Assembly: GCA_013239625.1 (NCBI GenBank)
Contig: MU054187.1
Location: 23,996,433 to 24,060,432, forward strand
DNA length: 64,000 bases
From: Lama guanicoe
Taxonomy: Eukaryota
Reading direction: 5' to 3'
The notes beneath the pieces are model-generated. The model made no database searches, had not been told where the DNA came from, and saw only the letters and a list, made by a program, of their open reading frames with translations. The first letter of the stretch is position 1. The number at the start of each line of letters is the position of its first letter. Below, piece by piece: positions 1 to 13,447 of this stretch. The position numbers and the translations under genes were made by a program.

Positions 1-2401
1 AAGAGCCCAGAGACCAAAAAAAAAAAAAAAAAAGTAATGGGGTTTACTTCTTGGAACCAGAAACTTTGATCAAAGTTTCTCTTTCTTTAGTTTTAGGTAA
101 TGACAGGCTCATGCTGCCACCATTGTTATATTTAAAGTCCTCAAACTAAAACTAGAGAACTTCTCTTGAAAATCTTTCTGCACTGATATCGACCTCCAGG
201 TTTCAAGCTCTTCTGAAATGAGGTTGGAGGAAACCACAGGCAACAGCATAAATTGTAAATTCACTGTCATTTCAGTGGTATTTCACATTCTAATCTGCTT
301 CCAAATTCACCTGCTACTATGTAATTTTGGGAGTCTTTTATTAGCTGCTTCATGCATCTGTCTGGATTTTATAATAGTATTCAGTGGAAGAATAAGGAGA
401 AAGAATAGTTATCTTGTTAGGAGCCAACATTCCCATACTTTAATTTTTAAAAAATTAAATGTTAGTATTTGCCTTTTGGAGCACCTTGCACATGGTAGGT
501 GTTTAGTGCATATTAGTTAAACAGAATGTAGCTGGGTTACAGATATAAAAATTAGTAAACTGTTACTCCAGTTATTAAATAAGTTCAGCAATGGACTTCC
601 TAATTTACATTATGCTACCGAATGGATAAGCTAATTTCAGTGTATTCTGTCTACTGGACCTCCTTTTAGAATGCTACAGCCATGTCACTTAAGGTTGAAT
701 TACTTAAATTACTAAGGTATCCACAGTTGAGTGAGACAATGTCATACCAAAATTTAGGCACGTGATCTAACAGTCCCAATTTGTGCCACATAGATGCAGA
801 TTTCCTACTTTGCACTTACCACCTTGGCTTTAAAAAAAAATAGGGAGGTGTTGGGTGGGTTAGCTATTTTCTGCTAAATTTTTCAATGTAGAGTTATTCT
901 TTCTTTTCTCCTAGGAAACCTCCACGACTTGAGATTTCTCCTACATTGTCGAGGGATGCCAAAGTCAGTGCTACAACGTGCACCTTCTGTGACAGCCAGA
1001 GGGTGTTCCCTGGAGGCCCCGATGGACACAGTGTGTTCACAGTGCTGCTGCCAAAGCAGGAAACGTGCATGCCTCTGAGAAGCACCAAGAGCTGCGAGGG
1101 ACAAATGAGTACAGGAGAAAAACGCTCACTACAAACCCATTTAGTGTCTACTTGAAAGGACCATTTGAGTAAGATAAATTAAAAGGTTGTAAAATGTGCA
1201 AAAAGTGTTTAGGGTCTAAGTTTTCAAGGTATTCTATTTATTTTTTCTGAGGTTCTTGACACTATTTATATTGTTCCTTAGGGTAGTTTGACTTTTCAAG
1301 AAATATCATGATAGCCCATTATCCTTTAAAATGACAATCTCTTTGAAGAGGGCAAATAGCAGGCTATGTGAAATTCCAAGCAAACTGCTTTGAATCTGTC
1401 CACATGAAAAACATGTAGCTGTTATATATAACTATTTTGACTATCTATCCATATGCTATCAATAAATGCTAGAGTTTCGCTTTATTTATAATTTTTATAA
1501 GAACATTGGAGTTGGGTATGTGTGTGAGAATGAAACTCAATAAATAAAATAATAATTTATTATTCTTATTTAGGCAAAATCTATATAATTATTTTGGAAT
1601 ATATGCAGATTTCTTTGACAAATGCTTAGAGTTTTATACAATTCAATATTTATGGACTACAGCATTTTATGTCTATCTATATAGATACACATATAGTCCT
1701 AAAACTAGGGCACATTTCTTTACAAATATTTTCTTAAATGCATACTTGATTGCACAGTAGAAAGTCAGGTCTGTCTGCCCAAATAATTTTAATTTGGGGG
1801 GTATCTTCCACTATAAGTGAAGACCCATATTAAAATCCTAATATAGAATAATTCTCCCAACATATCAAAAGTTAGCACTAACTTTGCATTCGTTCATGTA
1901 TGAAACATTAACATCAGAAAGAGAAACAAATTCAGTACTACTTCTTAAACATGGGTATATGCCCTTATAAGCACCTGGAGTAAAGAGCCATGCACCTGGA
2001 CGTATCTGAAAGAACTAGAGAGGGATTCCTTCTTTGGAAGTACTTCCCAAGTGTACAGACACACTTTATGGTTACTTTTAATAATTCATCCCTTTAATTT
2101 GAGGCATTTATTCCATGGACTTGCTATTAACATGAAATCACACTTGGGAGGTCAATATGTGAAGCTGTTTATCATCTGAGCCTTCTTTGATTAGTCAAGA
2201 ATTTTTTTTTTTCCTGACAAACAAAGAGTGGAGTTATAAGGAAATGAAAAAACATGGGGTCACGTAAGATCTGCTAGGGAGGAAAGATTTATAGCCACGG
2301 TGCTACTGGGAACTTCCTAAATTGTCAAAGGACAATTTGATTCTGGATATGTGGGAGAGAAATGCCAACAACAAATTCCAGCTACTTCTGAGATTCAGAT
2401 A

Positions 2402-2839
2402 TGTTGACTGACAAAAGAAATGCATAACCTAAAAGCTGTGAGTTACGTTTTAGTTGGTGATCTTTCTGAGGACGTCAAGCCTCGGAAACAGCCTCTCAGA
2501 TAGCTCCGAGGGACTGCTCTGGAGAGGTAAGGGAGGAGTCAGGATATACAGGAGTTTTGAAACAAAAACCAGGTAGTTGGAACATCAAAAGGTTACTGTT
2601 AATTAAAGAAAAGCAGACATTAAAATTAATACATTTAATGACTTTCTGTGTATGGGAAGATTCAAGAGCCTGGGCTCATTGAAATCCTCCTTTTGATGTG
2701 CACCTTAACTATCTAGGTCCTGTGTCTGGTTCTTTCCTGTCCCGCATCCCCTCAGGGTGAACTGCTGGGGTTAGCTGCAGTGCTGATGGCTTGATGGCCA
2801 CACATCCTTTGCTGATATGGTGATGGCATTCTTAGTCCA
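2402..2839 (-). mobile_element. ERV1-class solo LTR (MER41-like)
   Basis: TG (2402)...CA (2839) termini flanked by the 4-bp direct repeat GATA (2398-2401 / 2840-2843). The body resembles the cetartiodactyl MER41-type LTR consensus in reverse orientation (recalled). Confidence 0.72.
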
Positions 2840-5800
2840 GATAGGATCAGCCACCCAACGAAACACCAGAAATGACCACCAAGTCAAGCTGACATAGTAC
2901 TTGCAAAACAAATAGAAAACAGCATCAAAATACATATGTCATTTATTAAGACAAGGCATTTGGCAGTGAAATGCTTCCTTATGCTCCCAAATCCCTCCAT
3001 TGCAATAAGCTGCAAACCCCAAAATAGTCTTTAAGAAAGTGAGTCATCATGCTGATGCATGGATCCTGGAAACACGCACACATAAGAAAAGTTACAAAAC
3101 ATATTATAGATTGTTTTACAGAGTCAGCAAAGTCTGGCAAGTTTACAGCCAACTTAAAAAGGATTAAAGCCATTCATTTGTCTGAACAGAAGAACTCTAA
3201 TCATCAAGAAAAGTCTATATTGGCAATACACATTTGAAGGCTGTCATCAAGCACCATTAGCTCTGCAGCAGGCTGTCAAATGACTTACTGACTAGAAATT
3301 AGGGATTATCAATAAGCCCACCATGTATTTTATGATGCAAAATTAGAGATATGAGGCATCAAGAATGTGGCTATATTTTGGTGGAAAACTGTGCCACGTT
3401 ATCGTTTGCAAACGTGACATCACGATCACCTGAAAGATATTTAAAGCACATTCAGAATTTCTGTCTTTAGTAGTAGACTGGATAATGGGAGCAAGGAGAC
3501 TAATAGCTTTTTAATGGTGGTCAACCTCTACCAATTTTTGCCAACAGGATCTGCCTGCTTAGCCAGTTCTTCAATACAGTCAACTTATTTTGGACATTTG
3601 TTACTGCTTAAATGCAGTTTAAGTTTACTTTGTAAAGACCCCTTTTGAGGCCTTCATATCTGTGTCAACTGACTTGTTATCCACTCTTTATGGATGGGAA
3701 GTCTGATGGAGTGAATCACCAAGTGCCCAAAAGACCACCCAACCATTCCAGAGTCATGTAACAAAGTCAAGTTTTCATTTGCAACCTCAACACATGACTT
3801 CATCTGGAATACCACCTTGGCAGCAACTCTTGACTTCTTCATGTAATCAGTATTCCAATGTCTAAAAAATACCTAAGGGACGTATGATTTACTCAGGAAG
3901 GTATCTTCCATTCTAGTTTCCCAATAATCTCTTCAAGAAATGTTTTGAGTAGCTCAAGATTTTGCAGGGTGTTATTAAAGCGGGGAGCACAGTGTAGTTT
4001 ACTGGCAGGGTTATGCTCACCTCTCCATCATGTGAGAAGCTTGAGACTCACTTGTCATACGAATTTAGGGTGAGCTCTCATTATTTTAAATTATGGCAGA
4101 TTCACTAACTGTCATCCCTCTTAATTGCGAGCCTAGAAGTGCTGGAGTTTTGCAGCTTCTGTTCACCCTCCTCTGCTCAAACTGACTCTCACTGTGGTAC
4201 CCTTAGTGATGCAGTCATGAAGGGGTTTCAGATGATGCATTGAATATAACATGCATGTAGCACCATCTTCATATGCATATGACAGCAACTATTATGCCAT
4301 GATGGAATTTTTTGCTGATACTCCAGTAATCTAAGCATTGCAAGATTCCTTGACTTAAGGACTTTGCATTATTTAAAAAAAATGTGAGGAACAGTATTAA
4401 ATCTTTAACACACTGAAATATAAGTGAATCTAGTTTAAGGGCCATACTTTACCAGCTAGTTTTGAGTACTAACCCTGATCCTGTTGCATCATCACCTGGT
4501 TCCACTCAGTGATCCATCAAAAATGTTTATCAAAAGGCCTCACAGATGGAATCCATATTTCATCCAGAACACAGCTTACCTGCAAAATCACCCTGTGAGA
4601 CAATAAATGAAAGCAGCAGAAAAGAGTATACAAGTATGAGTGCTAGTAAGAAACTGAATTTGATATTCATCATGTTTATGCACATAGAGAATATGGTTAT
4701 TTTTAAATCAATGAATAAAGCATTTCTGTTTGTTGCCGTTTGTATTAATAGCATATTGCTTCTCGCAAGTGCATTTTGTGAGAACAGCATGAAATGCATT
4801 TCATTAAGTTAAAATCTGCTAGCATTAACATAATGGCTGATGGCATCTTTAATTTGAGAGCCCTGCAGTGTTAGTTTTATGGAGGCACTTTCCGTAGCAA
4901 CCAAAACAGGGCTGTAGAATATCTGTGGGATATCACTTCTCCTCAGGCAAGAATCCATCCCTTTGGCCCAGTAGACTTTTTATCAGCTATACAACTATTA
5001 AGCAAAACATCGCATCCTTGCCACTTCTTCCTGGGAAGCAACACTGTATTATCTTTAGTTGTACAAAAGTGTCTTCTAGGATTTTAGCACTAATGGAGTT
5101 AATAGTGAACAGAGAATGCTGGGAGCAGATGTGCTGGGGTAAACTTTTATGTAAAGAGTTGTACATCTCATAAATTAAAAACAAGAGAATTTTTTTTGGC
5201 ATTTCTGCCTAAGGTTTATTAGATAAAGAGAGAATATTCTAGCATTAGTATTAACAAGATTTATATTTTATCTGCAAGATTCTAGAATTTATATCCATAA
5301 AATTTGAACAAGTTACCAGAATCAATATTCTTTGGCAAGTAGGTTTCAGAATTGTTCCAATTCCTGCAATGTTAGGACTGGTTATGTTCAGTTCTCATGA
5401 CACCACGTAATGCAACACCATACACAGTTGAATGCTCATAAAAAGTTTGCAAAGATGATGTGAGACAGCCCAAAACACCAGTATATTTCTGTGATGTGCT
5501 TACTATTACATTTCTGTGTTTGCCTGAGAACTTCATAAAGAATGGAGTTTTTTTACTGGGCATAAAAATGCACAATACTAGTTCAGATTTACAATTTGTT
5601 TTAACGAGCACTGTGCTCCATGGCTGTTTCAGCTGCTTTGCTCTCTGCTTCAAAACAAAGAAAAAAAGAAACTGTGTAACTGAGTAGACACATTTTTATT
5701 TTTAATAGAAAATATAAAAAGCCATATCATTGAGTCTTTTAAAACTGTCTTGAGGAATACTTATTTACAGACAATGTATTATATGCAAGGCTAGGCGAAA

Positions 5801-6710
5801 CGGGGTGGTGGACGTGACCTCTAAGAAGTATCTTCTCTCTCCTCCAAGATCCTGCAGATGTGTTCAAAAAGAAATAAGCAGTATCTAATAAAAGAAACTA
5901 GTAGTGTAGGTAATTTTGGAAATGCGATAAGCCAACCAGAGTTGGCTTTGCCTGTTTAGAGAAGTTTATTTGTATCAAAGTGGGAGATCATTTGGTATTT
6001 GGGATTTCCTTATAGGATGCTGAAGACTGGAACAGACTGATAGGCATGTGCCAACACACAGCAGGTATAAAGGCAGGAAGTAATTATAGTAACATTCTCC
6101 TGTTTAATAGGGTTTTTAATACTCAAGGTATGTTGATATTTGTTGACACATTTTGGTCTCACCTGTGAGAGGTCAAAGATATGCCTACAGCTGTACATAC
6201 ACATGGATACATATATACACATACACATACACACTTACATACCTATAAAATAAATACATGTTTTCACTAATATATGTTCATATATTCTATATTATATCTA
6301 TAAATGAATGTATATTTGTTTATGGTCATATATTATATATTAGGTGTATATTCGTTTATAGGTATAAAGTTTCAAGGGACGAGGAGGTAGTGAAAAGATT
6401 ATATCCTGAAGGCAGAATATTGCCCTTTAATCCCAGTTTCATTGTTCACTAGTTTTCTCTCCATGGATACATCATTACTTGCCCCTTAGCCTCAGTTTTA
6501 TCATTTGTAAAAAGTAAATAACAATAATTAAATAAATTTATAAAGTTTAAGGGGATCAAGGGAAACACAAGGCTTGCCTAAGAAAACACCAGTAGAAAAG
6601 CATGGAAGAAGAGTATTTGATTTCTTTAGGTATTGGCTCAAAAATCAATTAAATCATTCATTCCAATAATCATGTTGTAATTCTCTCCTGAAATACTTAC
6701 TACTTCCTTT

Positions 6711-7099
6711 GTTTTTCAGGTTTCTATTTTTTTTATTGAGTTATAATCAGTTTACAATGTTGTGTCAGTTTCCAGCGTAGAGCACAATTTTTCAGTTATC
6801 CATGAAATCACATATTCATTGTTGCATGCTTTATCACCATGAGCTATCACAAGAGCTTGTATGTATTTCCCTGTGCTATACAGTATAATCTTGTTTATCT
6901 ATTCTGCATATGCCTGTCAGTGTCTACAAATTTCAAACTCCCAGTCTGTCCCTTCCTATCCCCCTCCCCCTTGGCAGCCACAAGTTTGTATTTTGTCTAT
7001 GAGTCTGTTTCTGTTTCGTATTTATGTTCTTTTTTTTTTTTTTTCAGATTCCACATATGAGCGATCTCATATGGTATTTTTCTTTCTCTTTCTGGCTTA
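6711..7099 (-). mobile_element. 5'-truncated L1 (3' UTR and tail)
   Basis: T-rich tail followed by reverse L1 3' UTR (TTATTGAGTTATAATCAGTTTACAATG...AGATTCCACATATGAG...CTTTCTGGCTTA). TSD TTA(C/T)TACTTCCTTT at 6697-6710 and 7100-7113. Confidence 0.88.
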
Positions 7100-7712
7100 T
7101 TATTACTTCCTTTCTATGTGTCATATATTGTACTCGGATTTAAAAATTCAAAGCTGAACCAGGCAGATCCTCTTCCCTAAGAAACTTTCATTCTACAAAG
7201 AACATATTCATTTGGACAGGTTTCAACTTGCATTCAGATCCTTCTTGTTCTTCTGATTTGGGGAATGGAGACCCAGTCTCAGATGGGTCCACTAACCATT
7301 GGGTCCATTCAGAACACTCATGAGCTAAATCAGACAAGGATAATACTTGTTTGCCATGATGAAATAAGATCATTTCATTGAGACATAAACTTGTATGGGT
7401 TTTAAATCTCATGAGATCATGCCCAGAGATTATGGCAATCTCTTAAACCAATTAAGAAAATCTCCTATGCCCAAGAAGAGCAGAAATCAATGCTGATATA
7501 TACGTATATACCCTGATGATTTAAAACAATGTTTTGAACTTAAACATAGATTTAAACTGATAACAGAACAGGGAAATTATTAATTCAAAAGAAACTGAAA
7601 TTATGGCTTATCCTCAGAAAAAAATAAAATAACAATAAGTAATTTGAACTGGAAACATAGCCAAAAATATATACAGAGAGACAGAAATTAATGGAGATTA
7701 AAATAATAATGC

Positions 7713-9038
7713 CCTAGGAGAACACTGATAAGATTTATGTCAGAGAATGTTTTGCCTATGTTTTCTTCCAAAAAGTTTATCATGTCTTGCCTTACATGTA
7801 AGTCTTTAAGCCATTTTGAATTTACTTTTGTGTATGGTGTGAGGGAATGTTCTCCTTGGGTAGTCTACCCAGGCCATAGAAATAAAAGCAAAAATTAACA
7901 AATGGTACTTAATTAAATTTATAAGCCTTTGCAGAGCAAAGGAAACCATAACTGAAACAAAATGACAACCTACAGAATGGGAGAAAATATTTGCAAATGA
8001 TGCAACTGACAATGGTTTAATTTCCAGAATATATAAACAGTTCATACAGCTTAATAATAGAAGGAAACAACCCAATCCAAAAATGGGCAGAACACCTAAA
8101 CAAGCAATTCTCCAATGAAGACATACTAATGGCCAATAGGTACATGAAAAAATACTCAGTATCGCTAATTATCAGAGAAATGCAAATCAAAACTACAATG
8201 AGGTGTCACTTCACAGCAGTCACAACGGCCATCATTCAAAAGTCCACAAATGATAAATGCTGGAGAGGGTGTGGAAAAAAGGGAGCCCTCCAACACTGAT
8301 GGTGGGAATGCAGTTTGGTGCAGCCACTGTGGAAAACAGTTCGGAGATTCCTCAAAAGACTAGGAATACACTTACCATATGACCCAGGAATCCCGCTCCT
8401 GGGCATATGTCCAGAAGGAACCCTACTTCAAAAAGACACCTGCACCCCAGTGTTCATAGCAGCACTATTTACAATAGCCAAGACATGGAAACAGCCTAAA
8501 TGTCCATCAACAGATGACTGGATAAAGAAGCTGTGGTTTATTTATACAATGGGATACTGTTCAGCCAGAAAGATAATAAAATAACACCAATTTCATCAAC
8601 ATGGAGGGACCTGGTGATCATCATTCTAAGCAAAGTAAGCCAGAAAGAAAAAGAAAAATACCACATGATATCACTCATGTGTACAATTTGGGAAAAAAAA
8701 AAAGAAAAAGAAAAAAGAGAACACTAATGAACTCATCTACAAAACAGAAACAGACTCACAGACATAGTCAACAATCTTATGGTTACTGGAGGAAAAGGAG
8801 TAGAAGGGATAAATTTGGGGGTTTGACATTTGCAAATGTTTGCCACTATATATAAAAATAGATTAAAAAAATTCTTCTATATAGCACAAGAAACTGTATT
8901 CAATATCTTGTAATAACCTTTGATGAAAAAGAATATGAAAATGAATATATATATGTTTATGCATGACTGGGACATTGTGCTGCACACCAGAAACTGACAC
9001 ATTGTAACTGGCTGTACTTCAATTAAAAAAAAAAAAAG
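7713..9038 (+). mobile_element. L1 with 5' inversion (inverted ORF2 piece 7713-7853; sense ORF2 C-terminus, 3' UTR and poly(A) 7848-9038)
   Basis: ORF 8315-8584 translates as the L1 ORF2 C-terminus (QPLWKTV...[10 protein letters not shown]...CTPVFIAALFTIAKTWKQPKCPS). Poly(A) at ~9025-9037. Perfect TSD ATAATAATGC at 7703-7712 and 9039-9048. Confidence 0.92.
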
Positions 9039-11080
9039 ATAATAATGCATGTGTCTGCCAGCTATTCAGTACATAGTAAATGTAAAGTTCCAGCCTTAGG
9101 GATTTCAGTCCTAGAGGGTTGTATAATGTATTTTCATTAATTCTCATAAGCAATTTTTAAAAAATGACTCAAATAGTCAAACTATCTCTTAGTACTTTTT
9201 GTAGTTTTCTTCATAATCCATATAATTTTAGCCTACCTTTCCCCCCTTGGTTTCTTTCTGGTTTACCAAAGTCAGATATGAACCAGCTGACATCACATTA
9301 CACATACTAAGATAATTTCCTTTCCTTGAGATGTATGAGAGGTTCCTTGTAAAGTAATTGATTAACTTACTACATTGTTTGTTTCCTGTCTTTAATTTGT
9401 ATATTTGTGAAGACCAACTTCCCCAAATGTATTTCTCAGAAATTGAATTTTTCTGTTGGAAATAAAATAGGTCACATAGCTTTTATTTATCATTTAGTTT
9501 TCTGTACTTTTACAGGAATCTGATACAGAGTAACAGCCAGGATGCTGAGATATGATAACAAAATACATCATTTGGCCTCCTAATTTTTAATAAAACCATA
9601 TCTACAAGCTGATGAGCCCTGATAACGTGAAGTAGAGTGTGACATTTTCCAACACATTGTAAGATTAGGTTTTAAAAGACTAGCTTAAAGGAGGTAGTTC
9701 ATTTCCTCATATGTACTTTACTGGTCGATAGGTGGATAAAAGTGACTTAATTATAGCTTCATGGTCCAACTATTCAAGCTTTCTGAAAATTTGGTTTCCT
9801 GGGAAAGAGAAAGAAGAAAACTTCCCTACTCACAACAATTACATAGTAGAATTATTTTATTACCTTGAGAAATTTAGCAAATTGATTCTCCCTAACATGT
9901 TTTATGTTTAGAATAGACACTACAAGTTGAAATTCAGGTCATGTTGTCATAGAGTACATTTCCAAGCATGACAACAACTACTCCTAATAGAAGGCAGCTC
10001 TACTTTTCAAAACATTGTTTAGAAATTTCAAAATCTATGTTGGTATTCCTTATCATCTCCTAATTACTTCTTCTAGTGTTGTTTATACTATAGAAACAGA
10101 AGCTTAGCAGAATGGGTTAGAAAAGGGAAACTTTCAGCCTGGGAAATAAATATATGTGTGTGTAAGTTCTCTAGTATAGCATGTAAGTCTCTATAAATTG
10201 TCTGCTGCACATTTATCCAACTTCTTTTTATAAAATGTTTTGAACTTACTTAAATGTAGGAGTCAAGCTGCCTTTAAATTCTTATCTTATTTATCTCACT
10301 CTGCCACAACCCATGTTCTCTTTGAGAAAAAAATTATATATTAAGCCATGACTGAAAATATGAATAAAATAGAATCCTTTCAACACTTAAAGATCAACTA
10401 CTGTTAAAAGCATTGATGGAAAAATGAATGTGTACAATAAAATAAGCCAACTAGTTTTAGCTGATTTTTACTACACTGTATGAATTAGTATTTCAATAAT
10501 CTAATTGTATATTTAGCATTGCAAAGAAAAATGTGTAGTGTATTTTACAGTGATTTTACCATATGAAGTTTCTGTCAGGCCATTTCTCTAGATGTACTCA
10601 TGTTAGGTCAGCAATTAAAGATTACATCAAACAATGATTGAAGATTAAGGAATAGACACAAAGATTTAGATACAAATGCAGAGCTAGGCACGTTGACATA
10701 GCAAAAGAAAAATATTTTAATTTTATAGGAGAGCTTGAAATAATGAGAAACCTCAGATTCCATAAATAAAGAAAAAAAATCAACAGCAGATCATTATTTT
10801 CCATGGATTTAATGCACCGACCATGAAGGATGAAGTTTCTTACTCTTAGCCCTATTACTGTATGTCAAAGTAGAGAGAGAGCGAGAGATGGTACTCTTAA
10901 ACATCATTTAGGTTTTTTATGGAAAGGAAACAAGGGGTCAATTAATGTCACAATACAAAGAAGATGCAGTTTATAAAGTAGCCTAGGGATTTGACTAATG
11001 CATATCCATAAATTGACTTTTATGGAAATAAATAGACTAGCTTCCCAATGCTGTTAAAAGTTTCATTTGTAGTGATTTTT

Positions 11081-11925
11081 TTTAATAGATTGTATTCTTT
11101 TAGAGCAGTTTCAGGTTCACAACAGAATTGAGCAGAAAATACAGAATTCGCACATAGCCCTCCCCACCCACACATATATACTCCCCTACCCTCAGCATCC
11201 CTCATCAGTGAGGCATATTTGGTACAATCGATGAACCAACATGGGCACCCTGGGACAACATGAAGCACTCTAATATTCTCTTATAGGGGTCCCAGAAAGT
11301 GGACAGAGAGGAAGGACCTGAGAAAATTTTTGGAGAGAGAGAACCGAAAACTTCCCCAACTTGGAAAAGGAAACAGTCACCCAAGTCCAGGAAGTGCAGA
11401 GAGTTCAACATAGGATCAACCCAAAGAGGAGCACATCAAGGCACATAGTCACCAAATTGACAAAAACTTAAGAATAAGGAAAAAATATTAAAATCAGCAA
11501 GAGAAAAGCAACAAATAACATACAAGGGAACTCCCATAAGCTGATTATCAGCTGATTTTCCAGCAGAAACTCTACAGGCCAGAAGGGAGTGGCACGATAT
11601 ATTTAAAGTGATGAAAGGGGAAAACTTACAACCAAGAATACTCTACCCAGCAAGGCTCTCATTCAGACTTGATGGAGAAATCAAAAGCTTCACAGATAAA
11701 CGAAAGCTAAAAGCTTTCAGCACCACCAAACCAGCTTTACAACAAATGTTAAAGGAACTTCTCTAGTCATCAAACCATAAGAAAAGAGAAGAAAAAGAAG
11801 AAAGAGGAAAAAAAAAAAGAGAGAGAGAGAGACCTACAAAAGATTGCTTTGGCTGTTTGGGGTCTTTTGTGGTTCCTTATAAATTTTGGAATTGTTTGTT
11901 CTAGTTCTGTGAGGAATGTCACGAG
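11081..11925 (-). mobile_element. TSD-bounded composite L1-derived element (L1MC1-like tail on -, ORF1 on +, short ORF2 piece on -)
   Basis: Perfect 17-bp direct repeat CATTTGTAGTGATTTTT at 11064-11080 and 11926-11942, enclosing three differently oriented L1 segments with junctions at ~11248 and ~11840. Confidence 0.82.
11249..11766 (+). mobile_element. Frameshifted L1 ORF1 C-terminal half inside the composite element
   Basis: Manual translation gives WDNMKHSNILLIGVPE...ENFPNLEKETVTQVQEVQRV...LSADFPAETLQARREWHDIFKVMKGENLQPRILYPARLSF...KPALQQMLKELL, ending at TAG 11764-11766. These are typical L1 ORF1p RRM/CTD motifs. Confidence 0.9.
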
Positions 11926-12754
11926 CATTTGTAGTGATTTTTGAACCTGTTTTTCTACTAATTAAGCTTGCTAAGACCTGAATACACCTGGAGACCTAAT
12001 GTTAGTGAATGAAATTCTGACCTCATTGGTAAAGCACTTATTTTCATTAGAGTTATGAAATTTGGCTTATCTTACCCAGCCCCTGGTTGTTCGGTAGAAG
12101 GATTATTATGTATATACCTCCTTCACTGATGGAAATGGTGTTGACTCTCAATGAGAAGTAAGATCTTTAGAAACAACAAATTCTTATGTGTAAGGGGTTA
12201 CTCATTTTGACAGCAATTTGAAAGAGCTTCCTGGGTTATTTTAGAGATTTCTGCAGCCCCAGCCATGGTTTATGGGGCGAGAGTTACCAGGTATACTATC
12301 ATAGGCCCAAGCTTGGTTTTCCTTGGATTCAGTTATGATTGTGTGGATCTGGAGGACTGGTTAAGTAAGCTGATATAGGGAATACATATAGGATGGCTCT
12401 GGCAAACTACTGTAAAGAACTCTTAAGGAAAGAAAAATTTGAAGTAAACCAAATATATTTACAATTACTTACTGATAGACTGGAGCCACCATGGATGTCA
12501 GCACTCTGTTCAATTAATTAACGTTAACATAAAGGACTAAGAAATTCTTTTTCATTGTATGGATGCATGAATACTGAATCTATATACCTCTGAATTAAGC
12601 AAAGACTTTGATAAAGACAAATGGCCCGCTTTAAAAGTGCAATTAATAATCTAAGAATGATTTTTATGTATAAGCATGGGTTAATTTTATCACTGCTATA
12701 AAAGGACTGATCGTTACATAGAGAACTTAAGTAGGAATCTGGAAGAGTCTATTT

Positions 12755-13330
12755 GGAGGTCTCAAACCTAACATAAACAAATTCTAACTCCTTGACACTC
12801 AAAATTGTTGATACTTCTATGAAAGTCCAACTCAGTAAAAACCACCATTGCTCACAAAACTCAAATATTGGGAATGATTCTTGAGTTGACCCTTTTACCC
12901 AAACTATTGAATCCATAAGCACATTTTATCATTGTTATCTGCAGTATATATCTAGGTTCAATCCACTTCTGTTCATTTCCATTGCTAAAATACATGTTCA
13001 AGCCACTATCAATTTTTTTCCATGAATATTGCTATAATCCATTCCTAAATGATCTCTAGCCTCTGTGCCCCATGCATTCTCTGCTGAGTAACCAGAGTAA
13101 TTTTTTAAAAATGTACATCACTGTATGTTGCCTAAAATCCTCATATTAAATGTAACCCAAACTCCAAAACAAAAAGGACTTTCACAATGGGATGTCCCTC
13201 TGTGCACTTTTACTCATATACTAACCGTTCTCCTGCCCTGACACTCTGGTCCTTTCTATCTCTGGCTGGAAAGCTCTTTCTTCAGTTCACAAAACTGACT
13301 TCTGATTCAGGCTTCAATTCAAATGAGCAT
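12755..13330 (+). mobile_element. Degenerate L2 LINE fragment
   Basis: L2-like motifs (CTCAAACCTAACAT..., ATCCACTTCTGTTCATTTCCATTGC..., CAAGCCACTATC); highly diverged. Confidence 0.5.
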
Positions 13331-13447
13331 TTGACTGACTTGTCAATGAGTCAGATTTTTCAGTCCGAAGATTTAAACATTTCTTCAGCTTTAGAAAATA
13401 TTGCTTCTTTTTATTCTTTATTTATTTTAAATTACATCTTAAAATGT

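Noticed and set aside
16..33. A18 tract as a retroposon tail
   Set aside because: No upstream element is visible within the window; cannot be assessed at the edge.
8315..8855. Protein-coding gene from ORFs 8315-8584, 8533-8727 and 8601-8855
   Set aside because: Frameshifted L1 ORF2 C-terminus and 3' UTR; the same applies to 63237-63560 and 63612-63953.
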